Assembly (NCBI GenBank): GCA_038212275.1
Contig: JBBQUR010000007.1
Coordinates: forward strand, 128,001-192,000
From: Planctomycetota bacterium
Lineage (GTDB): Bacteria > Planctomycetota > B15-G4
DNA length: 64,000 nt
Direction: 5' to 3'
Below are positions 39,631 to 49,402 of this stretch, piece after piece. Both the position numbers and the translations under genes were made by a program. Under the pieces are notes generated by a model, which saw nothing but the letters and a program-made list of their open reading frames with translations, did no database searches and had not been told where the DNA came from. The number at the start of each line of letters is the position of its first letter. The stretch's first letter is position 1.

Positions 39631-40240
39631 CGCCGCCGTACGCGTCGTGCGCGATCACGTGCAGGCCCAGCGGCTCCAGCGACGTGACCTGCCCCGCCAG
39701 CACCTTCTGCGCGGACATCTGCTCGGGCGGCGCGGCGGCGAGGAGTTCAGCCGTGTCATGCAGGCGATCGCCGTGAAGAAACTCCGCACGGCATACCGCT
39801 CGCCCTGGATGAATTGCTTCGTCGAGCGCGTGATCGCGACGGTACGGCGCGACTGCACCGACTACGTCGTCGCGCTCAACGCCCGGCATCTGGAGCGCAT
39901 GGTCCGCGAGTACGTCGAGCAGTACTACAACCCCGCCCGGCCGCACATGAACCTCGATGGCAACTCCCCGATCCCGCGGACGCGCGGGACGGCGCCCGCC
40001 GATGAGATCGTCGCGACGCGCGTTCTCGGTGGACTTCATCACACATGCCGCCGTGCGGCGTGGTGTGAAGCGGCTTTCACACATCGCGGTGAGGCCCATG
40101 GTCCGTCCACGCGCGCATGTCTCACGTTCGCCAGCCTCAACCGTGAATCCGGCACGCGAGTCGAGTGGCCTCTGGCCCGCCCCGCCGACTGTTGGTCGAG
40201 CCCGTTTCCACCGCGCGCGAGTTTTGAACCATCACGGCGT
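39630..40240 (+). mobile_element. Integrase-core (rve/DDE) transposase C-terminal remnant and probable right end
   Basis: SPWMNCFVERVIATVRRDC...YYNPARPHMNL...LGGLHHTCRRAA; end-like GAGTTTTGAACCATCAC about 25 bp from the tRNA 3' end. Confidence 0.82.
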
Positions 40241-40260
40241 CGCGGTGCGACGCAGCGCGA

Positions 40261-40337
<77 letters not shown>

Positions 40338-40400
40338 GTCGAGCCTGCGCCCGTGCCCATGACGGTAACCTGCGACGTGCCGGGACGCAGCGGCCCGGCT

Positions 40401-40919
40401 TCAGCGCCGCTCGACCGCAGCCAGCACCTCGGCCCCCTGCTCGGCCGCGAGCACGAACCAGCGTTCCGCGAACTGCAGGCACGTCGTCTCGAAGAAGTCC
40501 TGCATCTCGTTCCAGGGCAACTCGTCCACCGGGAGGGTCATGCGCTGCGTGGGCAGGTCCCGGTCGAAGGCCGTGGCATGGCAGGCGGCGCGCACCTGCC
40601 GGCGCTCCATGTCGATCTCGATCGAGAACTCGCATCGGCTGAAGGGGCGGTTGGCGCGACCGCGACGCTGCTCGGGATCAAGCGGCATGCAGAGGCCCAG
40701 CCTCCACGCTCCGGAATCCATGCGTCGGACCGGCCGCAGCGCCGGCAGCGTCTCGTGCAACGACTGCAGGCAACCGAGCAGCCGCTCCTGCACCTGATCC
40801 AGAATGGCCAGCGACTGCAGCGCTTCGCTGGTGTACGGCTCGTGGGAACGCTGCGCCTTCCGGGCAAGGCGCACGTCGCGCAGTTCCTTCATCCGGCGGG
40901 TCAGGTCCTCGGCAGACAT
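40401..40919 (-). CDS. Hypothetical protein
   Basis: GGAG ribosome-binding site before ATG 40919; coding-like composition; no motif recognised. Confidence 0.7.
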   Translation of the reverse strand: MSAEDLTRRMKELRDVRLARKAQRSHEPYTSEALQSLAILDQVQERLLGCLQSLHETLPALRPVRRMDSGAWRLGLCMPLDPEQRRGRANRPFSRCEFSIEIDMERRQVRAACHATAFDRDLPTQRMTLPVDELPWNEMQDFFETTCLQFAERWFVLAAEQGAEVLAAVERR

Positions 40920-41108
40920 TGCGGATCTCCGTATCGGGGGCGGTGGACATCCAGGAACGCGAGGACGCACGCCGGAATCCGCAACCTACAAAACACGGGG
41001 TTTCCGCAGGCGGAACCGCGTCCCGGGAGCTGGCGCGGATCGAGCGCTCTCGTGCGCGTCCCGCCCGCCCTGAAGTCCTGAGAGTTCAGGGACATGCCGC
41101 GCAGCGTG

Positions 41109-41146
41109 AAAAAGAGGAGGCCATCGGCATGAGCCGATGGCCTCCT
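41109..41146 (-). terminator. Intrinsic terminator
   Basis: Perfect 14-bp stem AGGAGGCCATCGGC / GCCGATGGCCTCCT with a 4-nt loop, followed by CTTTTT on the minus strand. Confidence 0.8.
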
Positions 41147-41407
41147 GGTCTCCTCGACGTGCCTGACGCAACGAGAACCGCCAGGCCCCACTCGCCACCT
41201 GGAAACCGGCGCTGCCCACTCGGAGGATGCGTGGACCGCGCTGAGCCAAGCCACCACAGCCCGGCTCACCCACTTACGCGACATGGGTCGCGAGAGTCCG
41301 CAGTGCAAGATGCGTTCACCGCGGAATGGATCGCGGCCGGCCTTGCACGGCTGGAGGCGTCGCAGCGTCGCTGGTCAGAGTGGAGCAGCGGTCGCTAGGA
41401 TGCGCTC

Positions 41408-43357
41408 GTGACCGAGCGCACTCGACACAGGTTGGCCGCCGCGGGACTCGCGCTGCTCCTCATCGTGGCGCCGCTGGCACTGATCGAGTGGGGATTGCGC
41501 ATCGCCGGCCGCGGCCCCCCGCCGATGCCCTCGCCTTTTCCGGACGACCCAGCGCTGGGCGCCGACGGAAGCGGTGCGCTGCCCGACGTCGAACTGTTCT
41601 ACAGGCTGCGGCCCGATGCCCGGTTCCTCGGCTACTACCGCATCAATTCCCTCGGCGCCCGTGGCCCCGACGTGCTGCCCGCGCGCCGGCCGGGCACCCT
41701 GCGCGTCGTGTGCACGGGAGACTCGTCCACCTTCGGCCTCGGCGTCCCGGAGGACCGCGCGTGGCCCTTCGTGCTGAAGCGACTTCTCGACGCCGCAGTC
41801 GGCGACCTGGTGGAGGTGGAGGTCATCGACTCGGGTGTGCCGGGCTACACCTCGACGCAGAATCGCGTGCAGGTCGAGCGCGACCTGCTGGCATTGCAAC
41901 CGGATGTCGTCGTATGGATGCCGATGGGCCACAACGACAACGTGCGAGTCGAGGGGCGCGACGATGGAGAAGCTCTGGAGTACCGTCGCAGCCTCGCCTT
42001 CCGCCTCTCGCGTCTCGCCCTTCCCCGCGCCCTGGGCCTGAACGCCGACGTGGCGACGCCAGCAGACGCCGATTCGAGGGGACCTGCCGGGGCCGATCAG
42101 GAGCACATGCGCCCGCGTGTTCCGCTGCCGGCCTTCGAGCAGAACCTGCGCGCAGTGGCCATTGCCTGCGCCAACGCCGAAGTCCCGCTGCTGCTCGTCG
42201 TGCCGCCTCACGGAGAGGTGCTGCGGGAGCGCGCGCCCGAAGAGGCGGCGACTGAAGGCATCGTGCTGCGTGTTGCCGACGAACTGCATGTGCCCATCGC
42301 CGACCCGCGCGCCTCGCTGGCCGCGCTCGGTGCGCGTCCACTCTTCCCGGATACCGTGCACCCGAGCCCTGATGCACACGCGGTCATCGCGTGGCACGTG
42401 TTCGAGAGCCTCGCTGCGCCCGGCATGCTCCCGTGGCCTGCAGGTCGTGACGGCTTCGCGCGCGCGTGGATCGGAGCGCATCGCGACGGGCTCGCCTCGC
42501 CGGGACGTCTCCAGGCCCTGCTCGATCCGACGGCCCCGCCTGACTGGCGCGAGCTGCTCGCAGCCATGCGCGGTGCCGCACCGGATGAGCACGACGTGCC
42601 GCCGGAGCTGCTGCAGCTCGACCCGCTCGATGGCTCGCGTCGCAGTCCCTACGATCTCGGGCGCCTGCTGCTCGCGGACGCGGCGGACAGCACGGCGGAA
42701 CTCGAGGCTCGAGTGGCGGCGTTGCGTGAGCACGTCACGCCGACGGATGACCTCGCGCTGCTGCTCTTCGCGTCGGGCGTCGACGCTTCGAGGCAGGGAC
42801 CCGCCCCTGCGCCGGATGCGCTGCTCGTCGCGCGCGCCCTGGCCGCTCGAGATGCCTTTCTCGGCGCGCACGCTCAGCTCCACGACGATCGCCTCGACGA
42901 AGCCAGGCGCCTCGCCCTCGCTGGCGACACGCCCGGCGCGCTGGCGCTGGTCGAACAGGTGCTGGCGTTGAACCCGGGATGCGCGGAGGCCTACGAGGTG
43001 CGCGGCTTCGCCCTCGAGCGCTCGGGCAATCGCAAGAGCGCGCTGGAGGCCTACGCGATCGGCAGCCAGCTCGAGCCCGACTCCACCACCGGCCTCTTCC
43101 TGCTCGGGCGAACGACGCTGCAGCGCGGCGATCCGGAAACCGCCGTCACCTGCCTGGAACGCGCCCTGCAACTCGACCCGGCACACAAGCTGGCGCGCCT
43201 TGCACTCATCCACGCCCGGTTGCGCCAGAACCTGCCCGACGAGGCGGAGCAACAGTTGCGCACGCTGCAACGGGTCGGTGTCGGTGATGTCGCCGACGTG
43301 CCCGCGCTGGAGGCGGCCATCGCCGAAAAGCGGGCCGCGCTGGCCGGGGCGCGCTGA
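41408..43357 (+). CDS. Membrane-anchored SGNH/GDSL-like protein with C-terminal TPRs
   Basis: INSLGARG, VVCTGDSSTFG, GVPGYTS, GHND, DTVHP; TPR helices at the C-terminus. Confidence 0.88.
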   Translation: MTERTRHRLAAAGLALLLIVAPLALIEWGLRIAGRGPPPMPSPFPDDPALGADGSGALPDVELFYRLRPDARFLGYYRINSLGARGPDVLPARRPGTLRVVCTGDSSTFGLGVPEDRAWPFVLKRLLDAAVGDLVEVEVIDSGVPGYTSTQNRVQVERDLLALQPDVVVWMPMGHNDNVRVEGRDDGEALEYRRSLAFRLSRLALPRALGLNADVATPADADSRGPAGADQEHMRPRVPLPAFEQNLRAVAIACANAEVPLLLVVPPHGEVLRERAPEEAATEGIVLRVADELHVPIADPRASLAALGARPLFPDTVHPSPDAHAVIAWHVFESLAAPGMLPWPAGRDGFARAWIGAHRDGLASPGRLQALLDPTAPPDWRELLAAMRGAAPDEHDVPPELLQLDPLDGSRRSPYDLGRLLLADAADSTAELEARVAALREHVTPTDDLALLLFASGVDASRQGPAPAPDALLVARALAARDAFLGAHAQLHDDRLDEARRLALAGDTPGALALVEQVLALNPGCAEAYEVRGFALERSGNRKSALEAYAIGSQLEPDSTTGLFLLGRTTLQRGDPETAVTCLERALQLDPAHKLARLALIHARLRQNLPDEAEQQLRTLQRVGVGDVADVPALEAAIAEKRAALAGAR

Positions 43358-43379
43358 GCCGGGGCGCTGCACGCTCCCG

Positions 43380-44804
43380 TCAGGCGGGCACCACGCCGGG
43401 GACCCCGCGAAGCACGCCCCGCGTATCGACGATGAGCCGCGCCGAGCGGGCCACGAGCGCCCAGTCGATGGCCGCGTGGTCCGTGGCGATCAGCACCACG
43501 TCGTACGCAGCGAGACGCACCGCATCCAGCGGCACGGAGCGGAGCGCGGCCAAGGGCTGCGATACCGGCAGCCCTCCATGAGCGGCCGGAACCGCCGGCA
43601 CGTGCGGGTCGTGGTATTCGGCGTGAGCCCCGGCTTTCAGGAGCAAGTCGAGGAGCCGCAGGCTGGGGCTCTCGCGCACGTCGTCGATGTCGCGCTTGTA
43701 GGCCAGTCCGAGCACCAGCACGCGCGCACCCGAGAGCAGGTCGCCCTGCGGCACGACATCGTCCGGCTCACGGCGGGCGGCCAGCGCTTCGCGCGCACGC
43801 GCGAGCACGTAGTCCGGCATCGCGCGATTCACCGCGCCGGCCAGCGCGATGAAGCGCGCCTCCTGTCCGGCCTCGCGCGCCTTCCAGGCGAGGTAGTAAG
43901 GATCGATCGGAATGCAGTGACCGCCCCATCCGGGGCCCGGCCGGAATTCCTGGAAGCCGAAGGGCTTCGTCGACGCTGCGTCGATCACCTCCTGGATGTC
44001 GATGCCCATCGCCGTGAGCAGCATCTTCATCTCGTTGACCATCGCGATGTTCACCGCGCGGTAGATGTTCTCGAGCAGCTTGGCGGCCTCCGCCACCTCA
44101 GCGGAGCTCACCGGCACGACGCGCTGCAGCACCGCGCCGTAGAGCGCCATGGCCGCCGTGCGCGACGCCTCGTCGAGGCCGCCGACCAGCCGCGGGATCG
44201 TTTCGGTGGACATCGGCCCGCGGCCAGGATCCTCGCGCTCCGGCGAGAAGGCGACGAAGACGTCGCGCCCGCAGACGAGCTCCGGGCCGGCGGCGCCGAG
44301 CGCAGGCGTGCGCGGGGCAGTCAACGCGGGCAGAAGCACCTCGCGCGTCGTGCCGGGATAGGTGGTGGATTCGAGCACCACCAGCTGCCCCGGGCGCAGC
44401 GTCGCCGCGACGGCCGCTGCGGCGGCGCGCACGTCCGCCAGGTCGGGCGCGTCGCCCGGCCCGAGCGGCGTCGGCACGCAGATGAGGACTGCGTCGGCCT
44501 CGCCGAGGCGCGAGGCGTCGGTGGTTGCCGCAAAGCGCTTCGTCGCCAGCAGCGTCGCGACGAAGTCCGCCCCGAGGTGATGGTGCGGCGCTTCCCCGCG
44601 CTGGAGCTGGCCGATGCGGCTCTCGTCGCGGTCGATGCCGAGCACGCGGAATCCGCCGCGCGCGAAGGCTCCCGCGATGCCCAGTCCCACGTAGCCGAGC
44701 CCGACCACCGCCACGACGGCCGTCCGCGCCTCGATACGCGCGAGCAGCGACGCCAGCGCGGCGCCGGACTCGGGTGCCGGCGAATCGTGTGCGTCATGCG
44801 GCAT
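43380..44804 (-). CDS. Nucleotide-sugar dehydrogenase (UDP-GlcNAc 6-dehydrogenase, WbpA/WecC-like)
   Basis: GLGYVG, CVPTP, ESTTYPGTT, SPEREDPG, KLLENIYR, GGHCIPIDP, YK...DVRESP. Confidence 0.95.
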   Translation of the reverse strand: MPHDAHDSPAPESGAALASLLARIEARTAVVAVVGLGYVGLGIAGAFARGGFRVLGIDRDESRIGQLQRGEAPHHHLGADFVATLLATKRFAATTDASRLGEADAVLICVPTPLGPGDAPDLADVRAAAAAVAATLRPGQLVVLESTTYPGTTREVLLPALTAPRTPALGAAGPELVCGRDVFVAFSPEREDPGRGPMSTETIPRLVGGLDEASRTAAMALYGAVLQRVVPVSSAEVAEAAKLLENIYRAVNIAMVNEMKMLLTAMGIDIQEVIDAASTKPFGFQEFRPGPGWGGHCIPIDPYYLAWKAREAGQEARFIALAGAVNRAMPDYVLARAREALAARREPDDVVPQGDLLSGARVLVLGLAYKRDIDDVRESPSLRLLDLLLKAGAHAEYHDPHVPAVPAAHGGLPVSQPLAALRSVPLDAVRLAAYDVVLIATDHAAIDWALVARSARLIVDTRGVLRGVPGVVPA

Positions 44805-46188
44805 GCAGCAGCTCCCGCCCCTTGTGCATCGCCCGCTCCCAGCGACCGGAGACGTACAGCGCGGTGACGCCAGCCGCTTTCAGCGCCGCACTCACGAGGA
44901 TCGCGATCCACACGCCCTGCAAGCCCCAGCCGAGCCCCAGCGCGAACAGCCACGCGAGCGGAATGCGGAGCGCGTTGCCTGGAATCGAGATGGCCACTGT
45001 ACGCGCGGTGGACCCTGCGCCTGCCATCGCGTCGCTGTAGACCGTCTCAAGGGCCTGAGGAATCTGGCACAAGGCCATGATCCGGATGTAGCCGGACGCG
45101 ATCTCGATGATCGCCGGGTCGCTCGTGTAGATGCCCGCGAGCTGCCGCGCGAACAACGCCATGCACGTCCCCGTGCCCAGCATGATCACCGAAGCCATCG
45201 CCGTGCCGACGTGACCGGCGCGCCGCGCGCGCACGAAGTCGCCGCCGCCAACCGCATGGGCGCACACGATGCCTGTCGCCGCGCCGATGCCGAGAAGCAT
45301 CATGAACGAGATGCTCTCCACGCCGCGGAAGCCGATGCCGTACGCCCCGTAGGCATCCTGGCTGAAGCGGCCGACGACCTGCAGGATGAAGACCCCCACC
45401 AGCGCATAGAGCAGCGTGGACGCACCGGCCGGCAGTCCGACGCGCAGGATCTCCCGCACGACGCGGGCATCCCAGCGATAACTCCTGCGCTCGAGAAGCG
45501 GCGCGAACCCGTAGCGGCGCACCATGAGTCGCAGCCCGAGCACGCTCACGAGCAGGCGCGAGATGCCGGTCGCGATCGCGGAGCCGACGACTCCGTGCCC
45601 CGACAGCGACAGCACCGTGCCGCCGAGGTGCAGCTCGTGCGGCAGCACCAGCACCCAGTTCAGGCCGGCATTCACGAGCATCGCGAGGCACTGCAGCTTG
45701 AACGGCGTGGCCGTGTCGCCCAGCGCCTGGAAGGAGAAGTCGAGAATGGGCTGCAGGAACAGGAAGGGCATGAACAGGAAGAGCGTGCGCAGGAAGGACG
45801 TGGCCTCGGCCACGACGTCCGGCGCACCGCCCATGAACGAAAGGATCTCCGGCGCGAAACTCCAGACGAGCACGGTGAACGGCACCACGACGCGCAGCGC
45901 GAGGCCGATACCCTGCGCCAGCGCGAGGCACGCGCCGTCGCGCTGCCCCGCGCCGATGCGTCGCCCCACGAGCGACTGCGTGCCGCGAGCGTGCACGAGC
46001 ACCACGCCGAACGTGGCGATCTGCACCATCATGAACAGGCCCAGCGCATTGCTCGCGGTCGGCGAGACCTTGCCCAGGAAGTAGACGTCGATCTGGTTGT
46101 AGGCGTTGGGCAGGATGAAGGAGAGCGCCGCCCATGGCGCGAGCCGGCCGATGGCGCGCAGGATCGGCTCGTCCTTGCCTTCGCTCAC
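44794..46188 (-). CDS. MATE-family efflux/flippase protein
   Basis: About 12 TMs; YNQIDVYF, ALGDTATP, GVVGSAIAT, ILRVGLP, GLQGVWIA. Start uncertain (GTG 46188). Confidence 0.9.
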   Translation of the reverse strand: MSEGKDEPILRAIGRLAPWAALSFILPNAYNQIDVYFLGKVSPTASNALGLFMMVQIATFGVVLVHARGTQSLVGRRIGAGQRDGACLALAQGIGLALRVVVPFTVLVWSFAPEILSFMGGAPDVVAEATSFLRTLFLFMPFLFLQPILDFSFQALGDTATPFKLQCLAMLVNAGLNWVLVLPHELHLGGTVLSLSGHGVVGSAIATGISRLLVSVLGLRLMVRRYGFAPLLERRSYRWDARVVREILRVGLPAGASTLLYALVGVFILQVVGRFSQDAYGAYGIGFRGVESISFMMLLGIGAATGIVCAHAVGGGDFVRARRAGHVGTAMASVIMLGTGTCMALFARQLAGIYTSDPAIIEIASGYIRIMALCQIPQALETVYSDAMAGAGSTARTVAISIPGNALRIPLAWLFALGLGWGLQGVWIAILVSAALKAAGVTALYVSGRWERAMHKGRELLHAA

Positions 46189-46210
46189 GCTCGGGAGGGC
46201 GGGCAGCGGC

Positions 46211-46864
46211 TCAGCGGCCGCGCGGCGCGCCGTCCTTCGACTGCTCCGCGGAATCCGGCGGCGTGGTGTCGGGTCCGCTCGCACCGAGACCCAGGCCGAT
46301 GATCCCGGCCTTCTCCCCGAGGTGCCAGATCAGGCGCACGTCGGAGCGGGTCACGTACTCGAGGTGCATCACCAGCCGCTCGGTCGACCAGCCCGGCTTC
46401 AGCTCGGTGCTCGGCAGTGCGACGCCCTCCGTGCCGTCCACGAGGAAGAAATGCAGCGCGCCACCCAGCGACACCGTGAAGCCCATCCGGTAGCTGGCCG
46501 GCTTGAACGTGTGGTCTCCCGCGCGCAGCGTCACGCCGGACTTCAGCATGAGGCCCTGCGCGAGGTGGGACATCACCTGCAACTGGTGCAGGCCCAGGGC
46601 ATCCATGCCCTCGGACTCCTGGTAGCGCGCGAGGTCCGGACCGATCTGGCGCTGGTCCAGGCGCAGCTCGAGCGCGGACTGCGGCAGCGTGAGCGTGATC
46701 GAACAGGTCGGATCTTCGTTGGGACCTGCCGGCGCCGGCATGAACGCGAGCGACACGGCCAGCACGATGCCCGCAAGGAGCACACACGCCACCGGCCCGG
46801 AGTTGCTCCGAAACATGCGCTGGAACCTGGGCTGGAACCTGGGCTGGAACCTGGGCTGGATCAT
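46211..46864 (-). CDS. Hypothetical exported protein
   Basis: Signal or TM segment VACVLLAGIVLAVSLAF; N-terminal (QPRF)x3; alternative start at 46816. Confidence 0.65.
   Translation of the reverse strand: MIQPRFQPRFQPRFQRMFRSNSGPVACVLLAGIVLAVSLAFMPAPAGPNEDPTCSITLTLPQSALELRLDQRQIGPDLARYQESEGMDALGLHQLQVMSHLAQGLMLKSGVTLRAGDHTFKPASYRMGFTVSLGGALHFFLVDGTEGVALPSTELKPGWSTERLVMHLEYVTRSDVRLIWHLGEKAGIIGLGLGASGPDTTPPDSAEQSKDGAPRGR
46819..46860. repeat. GCTGGAACCTGG x3.5 tandem repeat
   Basis: Read directly; encodes QPRF repeats on the minus strand. Confidence 0.9.
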
Positions 46865-46957
46865 GGGCTGCGGACCTCCGGCTTCGTGAAGCGTGCTCCG
46901 CGGGGAAGCTCGCTCCGCAGGATGCCGGGATTGTAGACGCCACCCGGGACCGGAAGA

Positions 46958-48310
46958 ATGGCCCCGATGAACGCTCGTGCTCGCATCGCCGTCGCCGGAG
47001 GCGGGCCCTCGGGCCTGATGATCGCGCGGCTGCTGGCGCAGGACGGCCACGAGGTGGAGGTCTTCGAGGCCAGCGACGGCATTGGGGGCCTGTGCCGCTC
47101 GCGCGTGGTCGAGGGCCACGCCTTCGACCTGGCGGGCGGCCACATCATGTACACGCGCGATCGCCGCGTGGCCGATTTCTGGACGGAGCTCTTCGCCGAC
47201 GAGCCCTGCGTGGTCACCGAGCGACGCGCCGCCATCCTGCACGCGCGCGACTGCTGGGTGACGTACCCGTTCGAGAACGCCCTGGGCGAACTTCCGCTCG
47301 AGCACAACCTGCAATGCACCGAGGGCGAGATCCGCGCGCACCTGCTCCGCGAGCACGTCCCGCCGCCGCGCGATTTCGACGCGTGGATCGAATGGAAGAT
47401 GGGCGCGGGCATCGCGCAGCACTTCATGCGCCCCTACAACCGCAAGATCTGGAAGGCCGACCTCTCGCAGGTGAGCACGGCGTGGATCGCGGACCGCGTG
47501 CCGGACGCGCCGCTCGAGGACATCCTGCGCGCATCGCTGGGACAGACGACGGCCGGCTACACGCACCAGAGCAGCTTCCGCTACCCGCTGCACGGCGGTT
47601 TCGCCGCGATTCACGAGCGCATCGCCGCGCCCATCGCGGACCGCATCCGGCTGCGCCACCGCGTCGAGCGCATCGAAAGCACCCGCGACGGCGGCTGGCT
47701 CGTGGACGGCACGCGCTGCGATCACGTCGTGAGCACGGTGCCTCTGCACGTGCTGCCGAAGCTCATGCCCGGCCTGCCCGCCGACGTGGCCGGCGCGGCG
47801 TCCGCCCTGCAGTACCGCGGCGTCGCGGGCTACCTGTTCGGCGTCTCGATGCGCGACGTGCGTCCGTTGAGCTGGGTCTACCTGCCGCACGCGTGGCAGG
47901 GGCCGGCCAATCGCATCACCTACCTGAGCAACTACAGTCCCGGCAACGCGCCGGCAGGCCGCGGCTCGATCCTCGCCGAGGTCACCTACGAGCCGGGCCG
48001 CGAGCCGGACGTGTCGCCCGCGGGGCAGCGCGCGCTGGCGCGGGCGCTCGCCGACGCAGGCATCCTTCATCTCGAGGATGTCACCGTGATGGATGCCGCG
48101 CTCAACCCGGTGAGCTACATCCTCTACGATCTGGACTTCGAGGCGAAGCGCAACGCGGTGCTGGGCCACCTCGATGCGCTCGACGGCTTCCACGCGCTCG
48201 GGCGTTTCGGCCGGTACGAGTACCACAACAGCGATCAGTGCCTCGCGCAGGCCTTCGATCTGCACGCCCGCCTCGCGCCTCTCCTCGCACGCGGCGGAGG
48301 CCCGGGCTGA
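46958..48310 (+). CDS. FAD-dependent oxidoreductase (UDP-galactopyranose mutase/amine oxidase-like)
   Basis: GGGPSG, EASDGIGGLCRS, FDLAGGH, PYNRKIW, FRYPLHGGF, GRFGRYEYHNSD. Confidence 0.88.
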   Translation: MAPMNARARIAVAGGGPSGLMIARLLAQDGHEVEVFEASDGIGGLCRSRVVEGHAFDLAGGHIMYTRDRRVADFWTELFADEPCVVTERRAAILHARDCWVTYPFENALGELPLEHNLQCTEGEIRAHLLREHVPPPRDFDAWIEWKMGAGIAQHFMRPYNRKIWKADLSQVSTAWIADRVPDAPLEDILRASLGQTTAGYTHQSSFRYPLHGGFAAIHERIAAPIADRIRLRHRVERIESTRDGGWLVDGTRCDHVVSTVPLHVLPKLMPGLPADVAGAASALQYRGVAGYLFGVSMRDVRPLSWVYLPHAWQGPANRITYLSNYSPGNAPAGRGSILAEVTYEPGREPDVSPAGQRALARALADAGILHLEDVTVMDAALNPVSYILYDLDFEAKRNAVLGHLDALDGFHALGRFGRYEYHNSDQCLAQAFDLHARLAPLLARGGGPG

Positions 48311-49278
48311 TGGCCGAATCCCCGCTGGCGGGCAGGGTGTCGCTCGTGATCCCCACGCTGAACGGCGGCGAGCTGTTCGGGCGCGCGCTCGACATGTGGC
48401 GCTCGCAGCAGGGCGTCGGCACGCTGGAGATCGTGGCGCCGGACAGCGGCAGCCGTGATGGCACGCAGGACCGGCTGCGCGCGGCCGGCGCGCGGACCAT
48501 GTCCATCCCGCCGAGGCAGTTCAATCACGGCGAGACGAGGAATCGCGCGGTCTCGGCGACGAAGACCGAGTTCGTCCTGCTGTCGGTGCAGGATGCGCTG
48601 CCGCTCGCGCCGGATGTCGCGGCCCGGCTCGTGCAGCCGCTCGCGGACGACCCGTCACTCTGCGCGACCTTCGGGCGCCAGCAGCCGCGCGCCGACTGCC
48701 ATCCGGTGCTGGCCGCGCGCATCGGCGCGTGGGCCGGCGGCAGCGAGCCGGTCGTCCAGTCCCTCGGCGAACGCACGTGGGACGAACTCTCCCCGATGGA
48801 GCGGCTGCAACTCGTGCGCTACGACCACGTCATCGCCTGCGTGCGACGCAAGGCGTGGGAGACGCTGCGTTTCGAGTCGGCCTCCTTCGGCGAGGACGTC
48901 CGCTGGGCGACGCGGATCATCCGCGGCGGCGGCGCCATCGCCTTCGTGCCAGGCGCCGTCGTGGAGCACAGCCACAACCGCAGCGCCTGGGACGAAGCGC
49001 GGCGCATCTACTGCGACCACCGCAACCTTTCGCAGCTCCTGGGGCTGGTCACGGTGCCGCGGCGAAGCCTCATCAAGGTCAACGTGACGGCGGCGCGCGC
49101 ACACTATCGCGGCCTCGTCGAGGCGCACCCCGACGTGGACGCCACCACGCGCGCGCTCTGGCTGCGCTGGTCCGATGACCTTGCCCTGTACGAGAACTGG
49201 GCGCAGTACCTCGGCGCCAATCTGTCCCGGGCGGCATGGTTCGCGCCGGTGGACGCCTGGCTGCGCCGGGGGATCTGA
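48310..49278 (+). CDS. Glycosyltransferase family 2 (rhamnosyltransferase-like)
   Basis: IPTLNGG, DSGSRDGT, FNHGETRN, VQDA, FGED, HSH. Confidence 0.9.
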   Translation: MAESPLAGRVSLVIPTLNGGELFGRALDMWRSQQGVGTLEIVAPDSGSRDGTQDRLRAAGARTMSIPPRQFNHGETRNRAVSATKTEFVLLSVQDALPLAPDVAARLVQPLADDPSLCATFGRQQPRADCHPVLAARIGAWAGGSEPVVQSLGERTWDELSPMERLQLVRYDHVIACVRRKAWETLRFESASFGEDVRWATRIIRGGGAIAFVPGAVVEHSHNRSAWDEARRIYCDHRNLSQLLGLVTVPRRSLIKVNVTAARAHYRGLVEAHPDVDATTRALWLRWSDDLALYENWAQYLGANLSRAAWFAPVDAWLRRGI

Positions 49279-49402
49279 CTCCACGCGCGGAACGCGGCAC
49301 CCTTGCCGGCACGTCCGTTCGACAACCTCGCGCCGCCATGCAGCGGCACCCCCCGCCGCCGACGCTTGCCCGGTTGCCGTCCGCGGGAGACGATGAGGGT
49401 CC

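Noticed and set aside
8131..40260. Integron cassette array, prophage or ICE
   Set aside because: No IntI or other integrase, no recurring attC-like sites found, no phage structural or conjugation genes, and mixed gene orientation.
41060..41100. Glycine riboswitch (CTCTCAGG on the minus strand)
   Set aside because: Only one short motif; the other conserved elements were not found.
41146..41300. Retron msr-msd or DGR template
   Set aside because: No reverse transcriptase in the window and no template/variable repeat pair seen.
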